From the NCBI GenBank assembly GCA_035652255.1, contig DASRED010000047.1, forward strand, positions 3,695-67,694: a stretch of 64,000 nt of DNA, in the 5' to 3' direction. Below the pieces are notes generated by a model that was not told the DNA's origin, searched no databases, and was given only the letters and a program-made list of their open reading frames with translations. Positions 8,979 to 17,138 of this stretch are shown one piece after another; within the stretch, counting starts at the first letter, position 1; each line of letters opens with the position of its first letter. Both the position numbers and the translations under genes were made by a program. The DNA comes from Gaiellaceae bacterium. Lineage in GTDB: Bacteria; Actinomycetota; Thermoleophilia; Gaiellales; Gaiellaceae.

Positions 8979-9008
8979 CCGCAGGGCGGCGCGCTCCGTT
9001 CCCCCGTC

Positions 9009-9191
9009 ATGTGGGAGGAGTGCATCCGCTGCAACGAGGCGCCCGCCGTCGACGAGCACGGCTACTGCGGGCATTGCCACTGGGCCGTCCGGGCCGAGGT
9101 GGAGGAAGGCTTCTACGCGATCCGCGAGTATCTGCGCGCCTGGGCCCGCTTCGACGAGTGGTGCGACGCGCACGGCGCCAAGGCCGCCTGA
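9009..9191 (+). CDS. small Cys-rich (zinc-ribbon-like) protein
   Basis: 60 aa, MWEECIRCNEAPAVDEHGYCGHCHW..., with CxxC...CxxC. Almost all codons end in G/C, which is a strong coding signature for this genome. Confidence 0.65.
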   Translation: MWEECIRCNEAPAVDEHGYCGHCHWAVRAEVEEGFYAIREYLRAWARFDEWCDAHGAKAA

Positions 9192-9200
9192 GGCGTCCCG

Positions 9201-9746
9201 CTACTCGGGTTGAGGCCGCCCGGCGAAGAGCCGCGGCGCGCTCCGTGCGTAGTCGAGCCCGGAGACCCAGGTGAGGACGACCGCGACGAGGAGCGCCCAC
9301 CACGCGACGCGGTCGCTCCAGGCGCCCGCGGCCGCGAAGCCGCCGACGGCGGCGGCGATCGCCTGCGCCCACGTCTTGAGCTTCCCGAGGTCGCGCGCCG
9401 CGATCACGATGCCCCGCTCGACGGCGGCCTGGCGGAGGCCGGTGATCAGCACCTCCCGCACGACGATCAACGCGACCATCCAGGCGGGGACGACGCCGCG
9501 GCCGACGAGCATCACGAGCGTCGCGAGGACGAGCACCTTGTCCGCGATCGGGTCGAGGAGCGAGCCGAGCGGCGACGTCCGGCCGTGCCGGCGCGCGAGC
9601 CGGCCGTCGAACCAGTCCGTCGTCATCGCCACGCAGAACACCGCCGTCGCCCAGTAGTCGTGCCCGTGGAAGCTCCAGGCGAAGAGGAGGACGACGAGCG
9701 GCACCGAGGCGGCGCGTGCGACGGTCAGTTGATCTGCGGACGTCAT
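9201..9746 (-). CDS. pgsA: CDP-diacylglycerol--glycerol-3-phosphate 3-phosphatidyltransferase
   Basis: CDP-alcohol phosphatidyltransferase motif DWFDGRLARRHGRTSPLGSLLDPIADK. Start placed at the internal ATG (MTSADQLTVARAAS) to avoid overlapping the divergent accA. Confidence 0.8.
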   Translation of the reverse strand: MTSADQLTVARAASVPLVVLLFAWSFHGHDYWATAVFCVAMTTDWFDGRLARRHGRTSPLGSLLDPIADKVLVLATLVMLVGRGVVPAWMVALIVVREVLITGLRQAAVERGIVIAARDLGKLKTWAQAIAAAVGGFAAAGAWSDRVAWWALLVAVVLTWVSGLDYARSAPRLFAGRPQPE

Positions 9747-9774
9747 GGCTACGTCGTGAGAATACGGTGCCGTC

Positions 9775-11556
9775 ATGTTCGACAAGGTTCTCGTCGCCAA
9801 TAGAGGGGAGATCGCGATCCGCGTCTTCCGGACGCTGCGCGAGCTCGGGATCGGCGCGGTGGGCGTCTACTCGGAGGGCGATCGCGCCGCGCTCCACGTC
9901 GCGTACGCCGACGAGGCGTTTCTCCTCGGGCCGACTCCGGCGGCCGAGAGCTACCTCCACGTCGAGCGGATCCTCGCCGCCGCGCAGCGCTCCGGCGCCC
10001 AGGCGATCCACCCCGGCTACGGCTTCCTCGCCGAGAACGCAGGCTTCGCGCGCGCGGTCGAGGAGGCGGGGCTGGTCTGGATCGGCCCGCCGCCGAGCGC
10101 GATCGAGCTGATGGGGAACAAGACGGCCGCGCGGACGGCGATGCGGAACGCCGGCGTGCCGATCATCCCCGGCACGACGGATCCGGTGCGGTCGGTCGAC
10201 GAGCTGCTCGGGCTCGGCGAGGAGATCGGCTATCCGCTCCTGATCAAGGCGGCGGCGGGCGGCGGCGGCAAAGGGATGGAGGAGGTTCACTCGCCCGAGC
10301 AGGCCGAGAAGGCGTTCGAGACGGCGCAGCGGCAGGGCCAGTCGTACTTCGCGAATCCGGACGTCTACGTCGAGAAGCTCATCGTCGACCCGCGCCACGT
10401 CGAGGTGCAGGTGCTCGCGGACGCGCATGGCAACGTCATCCACCTCGGCGAGCGCGACTGCACGATGCAGCGCCGCCACCAGAAGCTGATCGAGGAGACG
10501 CCGTCGCCGGCGGTCAGCCCCGAGCTGCGGGAGCGGATCGGCTCGATCGGTGTCGAGGCGGCGCGGGCGTGCGGCTACCGCTCGGCCGGGACGATCGAGG
10601 GGCTCCTGACGCGCGACGGCGAGTACTTCTTCATGGAGATGAACACGCGCATCCAGGTCGAGCACACGGTGACGGAGATGGTCACGGGGCTCGATCTCGT
10701 CTGCGAGCAGATCCGGGTGGCGCTCGGCGAGCCGCTGACGCTGCGCCAGGAGGACGTCGAGCTGCGTGGGCATGCGATCGAGTACCGGATCAACGCCGAG
10801 GACACGAGCCGCGGCTTCCTTCCCGCGCCGGCGCCGGTCACCGGCTACCGCGAGCCGGCGGGGCCGGGGGTGCGTGTCGACTCCGGCGTCGCCGCGGGCT
10901 ACGAGGTCTCCGGCTCCTACGACCCGATGATCGCGAAGCTCATCGTCCACGGCGTCGACCGCGAGCACGCCCGCCGGCGGATGCTGCGCGCGCTCGACGA
11001 GTTCTGGATCGAGGGGCCGAAGACGCTCGTCGGCTTTCACAAGGCGCTTCTCTCGCATCCGTGCTTCATCGCCGGAGAGACGTGCCACGGCATCGTCGAG
11101 TCGGAGGAGCTGGCAGCGCAGTCCGCGGAGTTCGACGGCGGCGCCGCGATCGCCCGTCCAAGTGACAACTTGTCACTAAGTTCGACAGGGCCGGTTCGGA
11201 CGGTCGAGCGCGTCCGGACGGTCGAGGTCGACGGGCGGCGGTTCGAGGTGCGGCTCTCCGAGCCGGAGCCCGAGTGGCGCGCGCTCGCGGAGCGGCGGCG
11301 GGAGCGCGTCCACGCGGCGGGCGCCGGCGGCTCGGGCCAGGACGCGGTCGTCTCCCCGATGCAGGGCACGGTGCTCGCCGTGAGCGTCGCGGACGGCGAC
11401 GAGGTCGAGTCGGGACAGGTGCTCTGCATCGTCGAGGCGATGAAGATGGAGAACGAGGTCCACGCGCACCGCGACGGCACCGTGTCCCAGCTCTCGGTCG
11501 AGCCCGGCCAACCCGTCACAACGGGCCAGGTCATCTGCGTCATCAGTTCCGCGTGA
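9775..11556 (+). CDS. accA: acyl-CoA carboxylase alpha subunit (biotin carboxylase + biotin carboxyl carrier domain)
   Basis: 593 aa. MFDKVLVANRGEIAIRV, ATP-grasp AAAGGGGKGM, and the C-terminal biotinylation motif EAMKMENE. Confidence 0.92.
   Translation: MFDKVLVANRGEIAIRVFRTLRELGIGAVGVYSEGDRAALHVAYADEAFLLGPTPAAESYLHVERILAAAQRSGAQAIHPGYGFLAENAGFARAVEEAGLVWIGPPPSAIELMGNKTAARTAMRNAGVPIIPGTTDPVRSVDELLGLGEEIGYPLLIKAAAGGGGKGMEEVHSPEQAEKAFETAQRQGQSYFANPDVYVEKLIVDPRHVEVQVLADAHGNVIHLGERDCTMQRRHQKLIEETPSPAVSPELRERIGSIGVEAARACGYRSAGTIEGLLTRDGEYFFMEMNTRIQVEHTVTEMVTGLDLVCEQIRVALGEPLTLRQEDVELRGHAIEYRINAEDTSRGFLPAPAPVTGYREPAGPGVRVDSGVAAGYEVSGSYDPMIAKLIVHGVDREHARRRMLRALDEFWIEGPKTLVGFHKALLSHPCFIAGETCHGIVESEELAAQSAEFDGGAAIARPSDNLSLSSTGPVRTVERVRTVEVDGRRFEVRLSEPEPEWRALAERRRERVHAAGAGGSGQDAVVSPMQGTVLAVSVADGDEVESGQVLCIVEAMKMENEVHAHRDGTVSQLSVEPGQPVTTGQVICVISSA
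11161..11191. repeat. AT-rich palindromic element, copy 1 (in-frame inside the accA linker)
   Basis: AGTGACAACTTGTCACTAAGTTCGACAGGGC. This 31-mer recurs at 42193..42223 with 2 mismatches. The core AGTGACAA-C-TTGTCACT is a perfect palindrome. Confidence 0.85.
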
Positions 11557-11562
11557 AGAGCT

Positions 11563-11662
11563 CTAAGCCGTCCGCGTCAGCGGCGGCTTGGCCGCAGGCC
11601 GGACCGCGCGCTCGTCCGCGCGGAGTTCCTTGACCCAGCGAGCGAGCGCAGCCTCGCGAGCT
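11563..11662 (-). repeat. intergenic repeat family, copy B (half-length)
   Basis: CTAAGCCGTCCGCGTCAGCGGCGGCTTGGCCGCAGGCCGGACCGCGC...AGTTCCTT...AGCGAGCGAG...CTCGCGAGCT aligns with 23108..23211. The terminal CTCGCGAGCTA contains the stop codon of the ABC-2 permease gene. Confidence 0.7.
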
Positions 11663-12431
11663 AGATCGAGCGCTGGTACGCGCGGAAGCACCACGTCGCG
11701 AAGAGCGACGTCGCGGCGGCGGCTGCAACGAGGAAGCCGAGGTGCGCGAGAGACTGACCCCAGTTGTTGCCGTAGACGACCGCGCTCCGCGCCGCATCGA
11801 CGCCCCAGTTGACGGGGTTGAAGCGAGTGATCGCCTTGATCCAGCCCGGCATCAGGGCCGTCGTGAGGAGGATCGACGAGAGAAACATCAGCGGCATGCC
11901 GACGAAGTTCGCGGCGGCGATCATCGACGACTCGCGCCGCATCAGCAGGGCGAGGCCGTGCGAGAGGCCGGCGAACGCCATCGCGAGCAGGAACGACGCC
12001 GCGAACACGACGAGCCAGCCCGGGAAGCCGCCGTGCACCCGCACTCCGAGCGCCAGGGCGACCAGCAAGAGGATCAGGGCCTGCAGGATCGCGGTGATCC
12101 CGGCCCTCACAACCTGGGAGAGCACGATGGCGAGTCGCGAGGCGGGAGCCGCGAGGAAGCGGTCGATCACGTGCCGGTCGAGGTCACTGATCATCGCCAT
12201 CCCGGACCACATGCCGCCGAAGAAGGCGTTCATGCAGACGATCCCCGGGGTGATGACCTCGCTGTAGCTTCCCGTCCCTGCTTGCAGCTGGGTGATCTTC
12301 GAGAACAGCTGCCCATAGAGGAGCAGCCACAGCATCGGCTGGATGATCATCATCGCGATCCAGATCGGCTCCCGCATCAGGTTCCGGGCCTGCCGCACGA
12401 CCATCCACCCTGTCTGCCGAGCGGTCTGCAT
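11661..12431 (-). CDS. ABC-2 type transporter permease
   Basis: 256 aa from the internal ATG of track ORF 11661..14426. About 6 TM segments, ABC-2 (DrrB-like) profile. ATGA overlap with the upstream ATPase gene. Confidence 0.85.
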   Translation of the reverse strand: MQTARQTGWMVVRQARNLMREPIWIAMMIIQPMLWLLLYGQLFSKITQLQAGTGSYSEVITPGIVCMNAFFGGMWSGMAMISDLDRHVIDRFLAAPASRLAIVLSQVVRAGITAILQALILLLVALALGVRVHGGFPGWLVVFAASFLLAMAFAGLSHGLALLMRRESSMIAAANFVGMPLMFLSSILLTTALMPGWIKAITRFNPVNWGVDAARSAVVYGNNWGQSLAHLGFLVAAAAATSLFATWCFRAYQRSI

Positions 12432-13390
12432 CAGCGAGTCCCCTCCTCGTCCTCGGCGGAGAAGTCGCGCCCCGTGTAGTGGAGGTAGACGTCGTCGAGG
12501 GACGGACGCGCAGTTGTCACCGAGGCGACCTCGATCCCGGCGTCGTCGAGCGCGCCGAGGATGACCGGGATCGCGTGCGCGCCGTTCGGGACGCGCGTGC
12601 GCACGACCTGCCCCTCGACCTTCACCTCGCTGCCGATCCCGCCGACGATCCTCTCGGCGTCGGCGAGGCGGCCGTTCTGCTCGGCGAGCTCGACGCTGAC
12701 GGACTCGCCCTGGAGGTCGCGCTTCAGCTCGTCCGGCGGGCCCCCGACGACGATCTTGCCCTTGCTGACGATGGCGACGCGCTCTGCCAGCCGGTCGGCC
12801 TCCTCGAGGTAGTGGGTCGTGAGGAGGATCGTCAGGCTCTCGGCCTGGGCAAGGCGCTCGACCTCGATCCACATCGCGGCGCGCGCCTCGGGATCGAGGC
12901 CGGTAGTCGGCTCGTCGAGGAACAGCACCTTCGGCTTGTGGACGAGCCCGATCGCGATGTCGAGCCGGCGCTTCATCCCGCCGGAGTAGCCGCGGGCGAC
13001 GCGATTCGCAGCGTCCTCGAGACCGACGAGGCCCAGCAATTCGTCGACGCGCGCATGCAGCGGCTTGCCGGCCATGCCGTGGATCCGGCCCTGCAGAAGG
13101 AGGTTCTCGCGCCCGGTCGCCTCCCAGTCGACGCCGGAGTCCTGCGCGACATAGCCGATCGAGCGGCGCACGCGGTTCGGATGCGCGAGCACGTCCTCGC
13201 CCGCGACGAAGGCGCGCCCGGAGTCGGGCTTCGTCAGCGTCGTGAGGACACGGACGGTCGTCGACTTGCCCGCTCCGTTCGGCCCGAGCAGCCCGAACAC
13301 CTCGCCCTCGCGCACGGCGAACGAGACGCCGTCGAGCGCCTGAACCGCCTTGTACCGCTTCCGCAGCTCCTCCACGACGATCGCGTCCAT
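12431..13390 (-). CDS. ABC transporter ATP-binding protein (DrrA-like exporter ATPase)
   Basis: 319 aa. Walker A GPNGAGKST, signature YSGGMKRRL, Walker B LFLDEPTTGLD. Confidence 0.9.
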   Translation of the reverse strand: MDAIVVEELRKRYKAVQALDGVSFAVREGEVFGLLGPNGAGKSTTVRVLTTLTKPDSGRAFVAGEDVLAHPNRVRRSIGYVAQDSGVDWEATGRENLLLQGRIHGMAGKPLHARVDELLGLVGLEDAANRVARGYSGGMKRRLDIAIGLVHKPKVLFLDEPTTGLDPEARAAMWIEVERLAQAESLTILLTTHYLEEADRLAERVAIVSKGKIVVGGPPDELKRDLQGESVSVELAEQNGRLADAERIVGGIGSEVKVEGQVVRTRVPNGAHAIPVILGALDDAGIEVASVTTARPSLDDVYLHYTGRDFSAEDEEGTR

Positions 13391-13415
13391 CTTCCGCCGA
13401 GTGTAGACAGAGGAA

Positions 13416-14261
13416 ATGCAGGGTCTCGAGGAGAGGTTGACGGCCGTCGTGGGGGCGTGCCCGGTGGCGTGGACGGAGCGCGCCGGCGGTTACTCGACGG
13501 CCGAGTGCTACTCGGTCGAGCTCGACGACGGCCGCCGCGTCTTCGTCAAGGCGGCCGAGGCGGAGCACATGGCGCGCTGGATCCGCCGCGAGCACGAGGT
13601 CTACTCCTCGCTCGCCGGCACGTTCATCCCGGAGCTGCTCGGCTTCGACGACGACGGCGCGCGGCCGCTGCTCGTGCTCGAGGATCTGAGCCACGCAGAC
13701 TGGGGGCGGGACTGGACGGAAGAGCGGATCGGGCTCGTCCGCGCGGCGCTGCGGGAGCTTCAGAGCGCGACGCCGCCACCGAACACCCATCCGGTGCGCG
13801 AGACGTTCTCCAGCCTGTTCGGCCGTTGGCTGATCGTCGAGGAAGATCCCGAGCCGTTCCTCTCCCTGGGGCTGCGGTCGCGCGGGTGGCTGGAGCAGCG
13901 GCTGCCGGCGCTGATCGCGGCCGCCGACACGGCGCAGTTCGACGGCGACGCGCTCGTACACATGGACATCCGCAGCGACAACCTCTGCACGCTCGAGGGA
14001 CGTGCCGTCTTCGTCGACTGGAACTGGCTCTCGTTCGGCATGCCGGAGCTCGACCTCGTCGGCTGGTCGTGCAGCCTGGCCCTCGAAGGAGGCCCCAAAC
14101 CGTGGGAGCTCCTCCCGGAGCGGAGCGGCTACGCCGCCTTCGTGGCGGGGATCTTCGCCGCGGTGGCAGGGCTGCCGCCGCCGGACACGGCACCGACGGT
14201 GCGGGCCTTCCAGGCCGAGCAGCTGACTGTCGCGCTCGACTGGGTCGACCGCGAGCTCTAG
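13416..14261 (+). CDS. aminoglycoside/choline-kinase-type phosphotransferase family protein
   Basis: 281 aa. Kinase catalytic loop HMDIRSDNL followed by FVDWNW. APH-fold length. Confidence 0.7.
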   Translation: MQGLEERLTAVVGACPVAWTERAGGYSTAECYSVELDDGRRVFVKAAEAEHMARWIRREHEVYSSLAGTFIPELLGFDDDGARPLLVLEDLSHADWGRDWTEERIGLVRAALRELQSATPPPNTHPVRETFSSLFGRWLIVEEDPEPFLSLGLRSRGWLEQRLPALIAAADTAQFDGDALVHMDIRSDNLCTLEGRAVFVDWNWLSFGMPELDLVGWSCSLALEGGPKPWELLPERSGYAAFVAGIFAAVAGLPPPDTAPTVRAFQAEQLTVALDWVDREL

Positions 14262-14317
14262 CTCGCTCGCTCCTCGCCGAAGCGGCTTGGTGAGACATCC
14301 GGACGTGTCCCCGGCGG

Positions 14318-14346
14318 CCATGTCCGGTGCCAGGCACCGGACATGG
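14318..14346. repeat. REP-like perfect hairpin 1
   Basis: CCATGTCCGGTGCC-A-GGCACCGGACATGG, 14-nt perfect arms. The core GTCCGGTGCCAGGCACCGGAC is repeated at 14405..14437. Confidence 0.85.
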
Positions 14347-14404
14347 CCAATTCGGCCGCCGTGCGAGGCGGCGAGACGGGATGCGGGCCGGCGGTGTCCG
14401 CGAC

Positions 14405-14437
14405 GGACACGTCCGGTGCCAGGCACCGGACGTGTCC
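14405..14437. repeat. REP-like perfect hairpin 2
   Basis: GGACACGTCCGGTGCC-A-GGCACCGGACGTGTCC, 16-nt perfect arms. Same core as hairpin 1. Confidence 0.85.
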
Positions 14438-14482
14438 TGAACTGCGCCGTCCGGTTGGGCCGCGCCGCTAGTGTCGGCGCTC

Positions 14483-15628
14483 GTGGATCTCTACGAGTAC
14501 CAGGGCAAGCAGCTCTTCAGCCGCGTCGGCATTCCCGTCTCCGAGGGGCGGCTCGCGACGACTCCGGAGGAGGCGCGCAAGGCGGCCGAGGAGCTCGGCG
14601 GCCCCGTCGTCGTCAAGGCGCAGGTGCTCACGGGCGGCCGCGGCAAGGCCGGCGGCATCAAGCTCGCCGACGACCCGGCCGACGCAGAGGCGAAGGCGAA
14701 GGAGATCCTCGGGCTCGACATCCGCGGCCATGTCGTCGAGAAGCTCTGGATCGAGAAGGCCTCCGACATCGCGCGCGAGTACTACCTCTCCGTCACGTTC
14801 GACCGCGGCGCGAAGCAGCCGCTCTTCATGTTCACGACGCAGGGCGGCGTCGAGATCGAGCAGGTAGCCGAGGAGAACCCCGACGCGCTCGTCCGGCTCC
14901 ACATCGATCCGCTCGAGGGCTTCCAGCCGTGGGTCGCGCGGCGGCTCGTCTACGAGGGCAAGGTGGAGGATCCGTCGGAGCAGAAGCAGATCGCGGCGAT
15001 CGTCGGGCAGCTCTACGAGGCGTTCGTCGAGTTCGACGCGATGCTCTGCGAGATCAACCCGCTCATCGTCACGCCCGAGGGCGAAGTGAAGGCGCTCGAC
15101 TCGAAGTTCACGGTGGACGACAGCGCGCTCGCGCGCCATCCCGACATCGCGGAGTGGCGCGACACGAGCGCGGCCGACCCGATCGAGACGTTCGCGCGCG
15201 AGAAGCACGTCACGTACGTGAAGCTCGACGGGGACGTCGGCGTCCTTGCGAACGGCGCCGGGCTCGGCATGTCGACGGTGGACGTCGTCGCGCACGTCGG
15301 CGGCCGGCCCGCGAACTTCTGCGACCTCGGCGGCGGCGGCAGCGCGGAGGGAGTCGTCGACGCTCTCGAGGTGATCACGCGCGACCCGCAGGTCAAGTCG
15401 ATCTTCTTCAACATCTTCGGCGGGATCACCAGGGGAGACGAGGTCGCGCGCGGGATCCTCGCCGCGCTCGACACGCTCGACATGTCCCGCTATCCGATCG
15501 TCGTCCGACTCGACGGCACGAACGCCGAGGAGGGGCGGAAGATCCTCGCGGACGCGGGCCGCGACAACATCCACCCCGAGGCGACGATGCTCGACGGGGC
15601 GCGGCGCGCGGTGGAGCTCGCGAGATGA
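14483..15628 (+). CDS. sucC: succinyl-CoA synthetase beta subunit
   Basis: VDLYEYQGKQLF N-terminus (the track start at 14471 is 4 codons upstream), with GGRGKAGGIK and ATP-grasp architecture. Confidence 0.92.
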   Translation: MDLYEYQGKQLFSRVGIPVSEGRLATTPEEARKAAEELGGPVVVKAQVLTGGRGKAGGIKLADDPADAEAKAKEILGLDIRGHVVEKLWIEKASDIAREYYLSVTFDRGAKQPLFMFTTQGGVEIEQVAEENPDALVRLHIDPLEGFQPWVARRLVYEGKVEDPSEQKQIAAIVGQLYEAFVEFDAMLCEINPLIVTPEGEVKALDSKFTVDDSALARHPDIAEWRDTSAADPIETFAREKHVTYVKLDGDVGVLANGAGLGMSTVDVVAHVGGRPANFCDLGGGGSAEGVVDALEVITRDPQVKSIFFNIFGGITRGDEVARGILAALDTLDMSRYPIVVRLDGTNAEEGRKILADAGRDNIHPEATMLDGARRAVELAR

Positions 15629-16269
15629 CCGATCTCTGGAGCGAGCGGGCGGAGGCGTACCGGACGAGCCAGACCCACGCGTCGGGCGACGATCTCGACC
15701 TCGTCGTCGAGTGGTGCGAACCCCGCCCAGGAGTGACGGTTCTCGACGTCGCCACCGGCGGCGGGCACGTCGCGCGCCGGCTGCGCGAGGCGGGAGCGAC
15801 GGTCGTGACGACCGACGCGGCGCCCGGGATGAAGCCGGACGCGATCGCGCCCGCAGACGACCTCCCCTTCGACGACGCGAGCTTCGACGCCGTCGCCTGC
15901 CGCATCGCGGCGCATCATTTCCCCGACGTTCTTGCGGCCGTGAAGGAGATGGCCCGCGTCGCGCGCGAGCGCGTGGTTATCGAAGACAACGTCTTCACGA
16001 GCGAGTCCGCCGAGGAGGCAGATCGGCTGCGCGACCCGAGCCACGTCCGCAACTACGGCGTCGGCGAATGGCACAGCTTCTTCGAGCTCGCCGGGCTCGA
16101 GGTCGCCGAGGAGGTCTTCATGGTCCGCGACACCGACTTCGAGGACTGGCTCGCGCGGACGGAGACGCCGGAGGGCGACCGCGTCCGCGTGCGCGAGCTC
16201 CTCGACTCGCGCGTCCACGACGGCCGGCTCGACCTTCCCACCGTGGTTCTCAAGGGGATCAAGAAGTAG
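15625..16269 (+). CDS. class I SAM-dependent methyltransferase (Methyltransf_11-like) inserted between sucC and sucD
   Basis: 214 aa. Motif I VLDVATGGGHVA, then FDAVACRIAAHHF. ATGA overlap with the sucC stop and TAGTG overlap with the sucD start. Confidence 0.8.
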   Translation: MTDLWSERAEAYRTSQTHASGDDLDLVVEWCEPRPGVTVLDVATGGGHVARRLREAGATVVTTDAAPGMKPDAIAPADDLPFDDASFDAVACRIAAHHFPDVLAAVKEMARVARERVVIEDNVFTSESAEEADRLRDPSHVRNYGVGEWHSFFELAGLEVAEEVFMVRDTDFEDWLARTETPEGDRVRVRELLDSRVHDGRLDLPTVVLKGIKK

Positions 16270-17138
16270 TGGCGATCATCGTCGACAACGACACGCGCCT
16301 CGTCGTCGCCGGCCTGACCGGCTCGGAGGGACGCTTCCACGGACTGCGCAACCGTGCCTACGGCACGAACCTCGTCGCCGGCGTCACGCCGGGCAAGGGC
16401 GGCCAGGACGTCGAGGGCGTCCCCGTCTTCGACACGATGGCGGACGCCGTCGCCGAGGCCGGCGCGAACACGAGCCTCATCTTCGTCCCCGCCCGCTTCG
16501 CGGTCGACTCGATCTACGAGGCCGTCGACGCCGGGATCGGCACGGTGATCTGCATCACCGAGCACATCCCTGCGCACGACATGCTCCGCGCGTACACGTA
16601 CTTCCGCGCGAAGGGGACGACGATGATCGGCCCGAACTGCCCCGGTGTCCTCTCGCCGGGCAAGGCGAACGCGGGGATCATCCCGGCCGAGATCTTCAGC
16701 GAGGGGAGTGTCGGCCTCGTCTCCCGCTCGGGCACGCTCACGTACCAGATCGGCCACGAGCTGACGCAGCTCGGGCTCGGCAACTCGACCATCGTCGGGA
16801 TCGGCGGCGACCCGGTCGTCGGCTCCTCGTTCGTCGACGTCATCGAGCGCTTCCAGGACGACCCGCAGACCGAGCTGATCGTCCTCGTCGGCGAGATCGG
16901 CGGCGACGAGGAGGAGAAGGCCGCCGCATACGTCTCCGAGCACGTGACGAAGCCGGTGCTCGCGTACATCGCGGGCTTCTCCGCGCCGCCCGGCAAGACG
17001 ATGGGCCACGCCGGCGCGATCATCTCCGGCTCCTCGGGCACGGCCGCCGGGAAGAAGGAGGCGCTCGAGGCTCGCGGCATCGAGGTCGGCACGACGCCGA
17101 CCGAGGTCGCGCAGATGGTGGCGGCCCGGCTGAAGTGA
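16269..17138 (+). CDS. sucD: succinyl-CoA synthetase alpha subunit
   Basis: GTG start inside track ORF 15711..17138. [29 protein letters not shown], phospho-His loop [10 protein letters not shown]. Confidence 0.92.
   Translation: MAIIVDNDTRLVVAGLTGSEGRFHGLRNRAYGTNLVAGVTPGKGGQDVEGVPVFDTMADAVAEAGANTSLIFVPARFAVDSIYEAVDAGIGTVICITEHIPAHDMLRAYTYFRAKGTTMIGPNCPGVLSPGKANAGIIPAEIFSEGSVGLVSRSGTLTYQIGHELTQLGLGNSTIVGIGGDPVVGSSFVDVIERFQDDPQTELIVLVGEIGGDEEEKAAAYVSEHVTKPVLAYIAGFSAPPGKTMGHAGAIISGSSGTAAGKKEALEARGIEVGTTPTEVAQMVAARLK

Noticed and set aside
8790-9008. c-di-AMP (ydaO-type) riboswitch upstream of the NlpC/P60 hydrolase gene
   Set aside because: The genomic context is classic for this riboswitch in Actinobacteria. 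However, I found only weak resemblances (ACGGGGGAAC, GAGGAAUCC) and not the conserved GGGGACCCA, GGGGUGAAUC or CCCGAACCCGACAGCU blocks as I recall them. Left as something to test with Rfam RF00379, not called.
9007-11088. 693-aa minus-strand ORF
   Set aside because: It is antisense to accA (biotin carboxylase), which is unambiguous. Shadow ORF.
11161-11181. Palindrome TTAGTGACAA-C-TTGTCACTAA as an IdeR/DtxR (TTAGGTTAGCCTAACCTAA) or CRP-type operator
   Set aside because: Only the outer TTAG/CTAA ends resemble the DtxR box, and the spacing of GTGAC/GTCAC does not fit CRP/FNR consensus. Both copies are intragenic and share an asymmetric flank, which favours a repeat element over an operator.
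14287-15624. Upstream two thirds of track ORF 14287..16269
   Set aside because: It overlaps sucC in another frame. Only the C-terminal 214 codons, from the ATG at 15625, have methyltransferase motifs.
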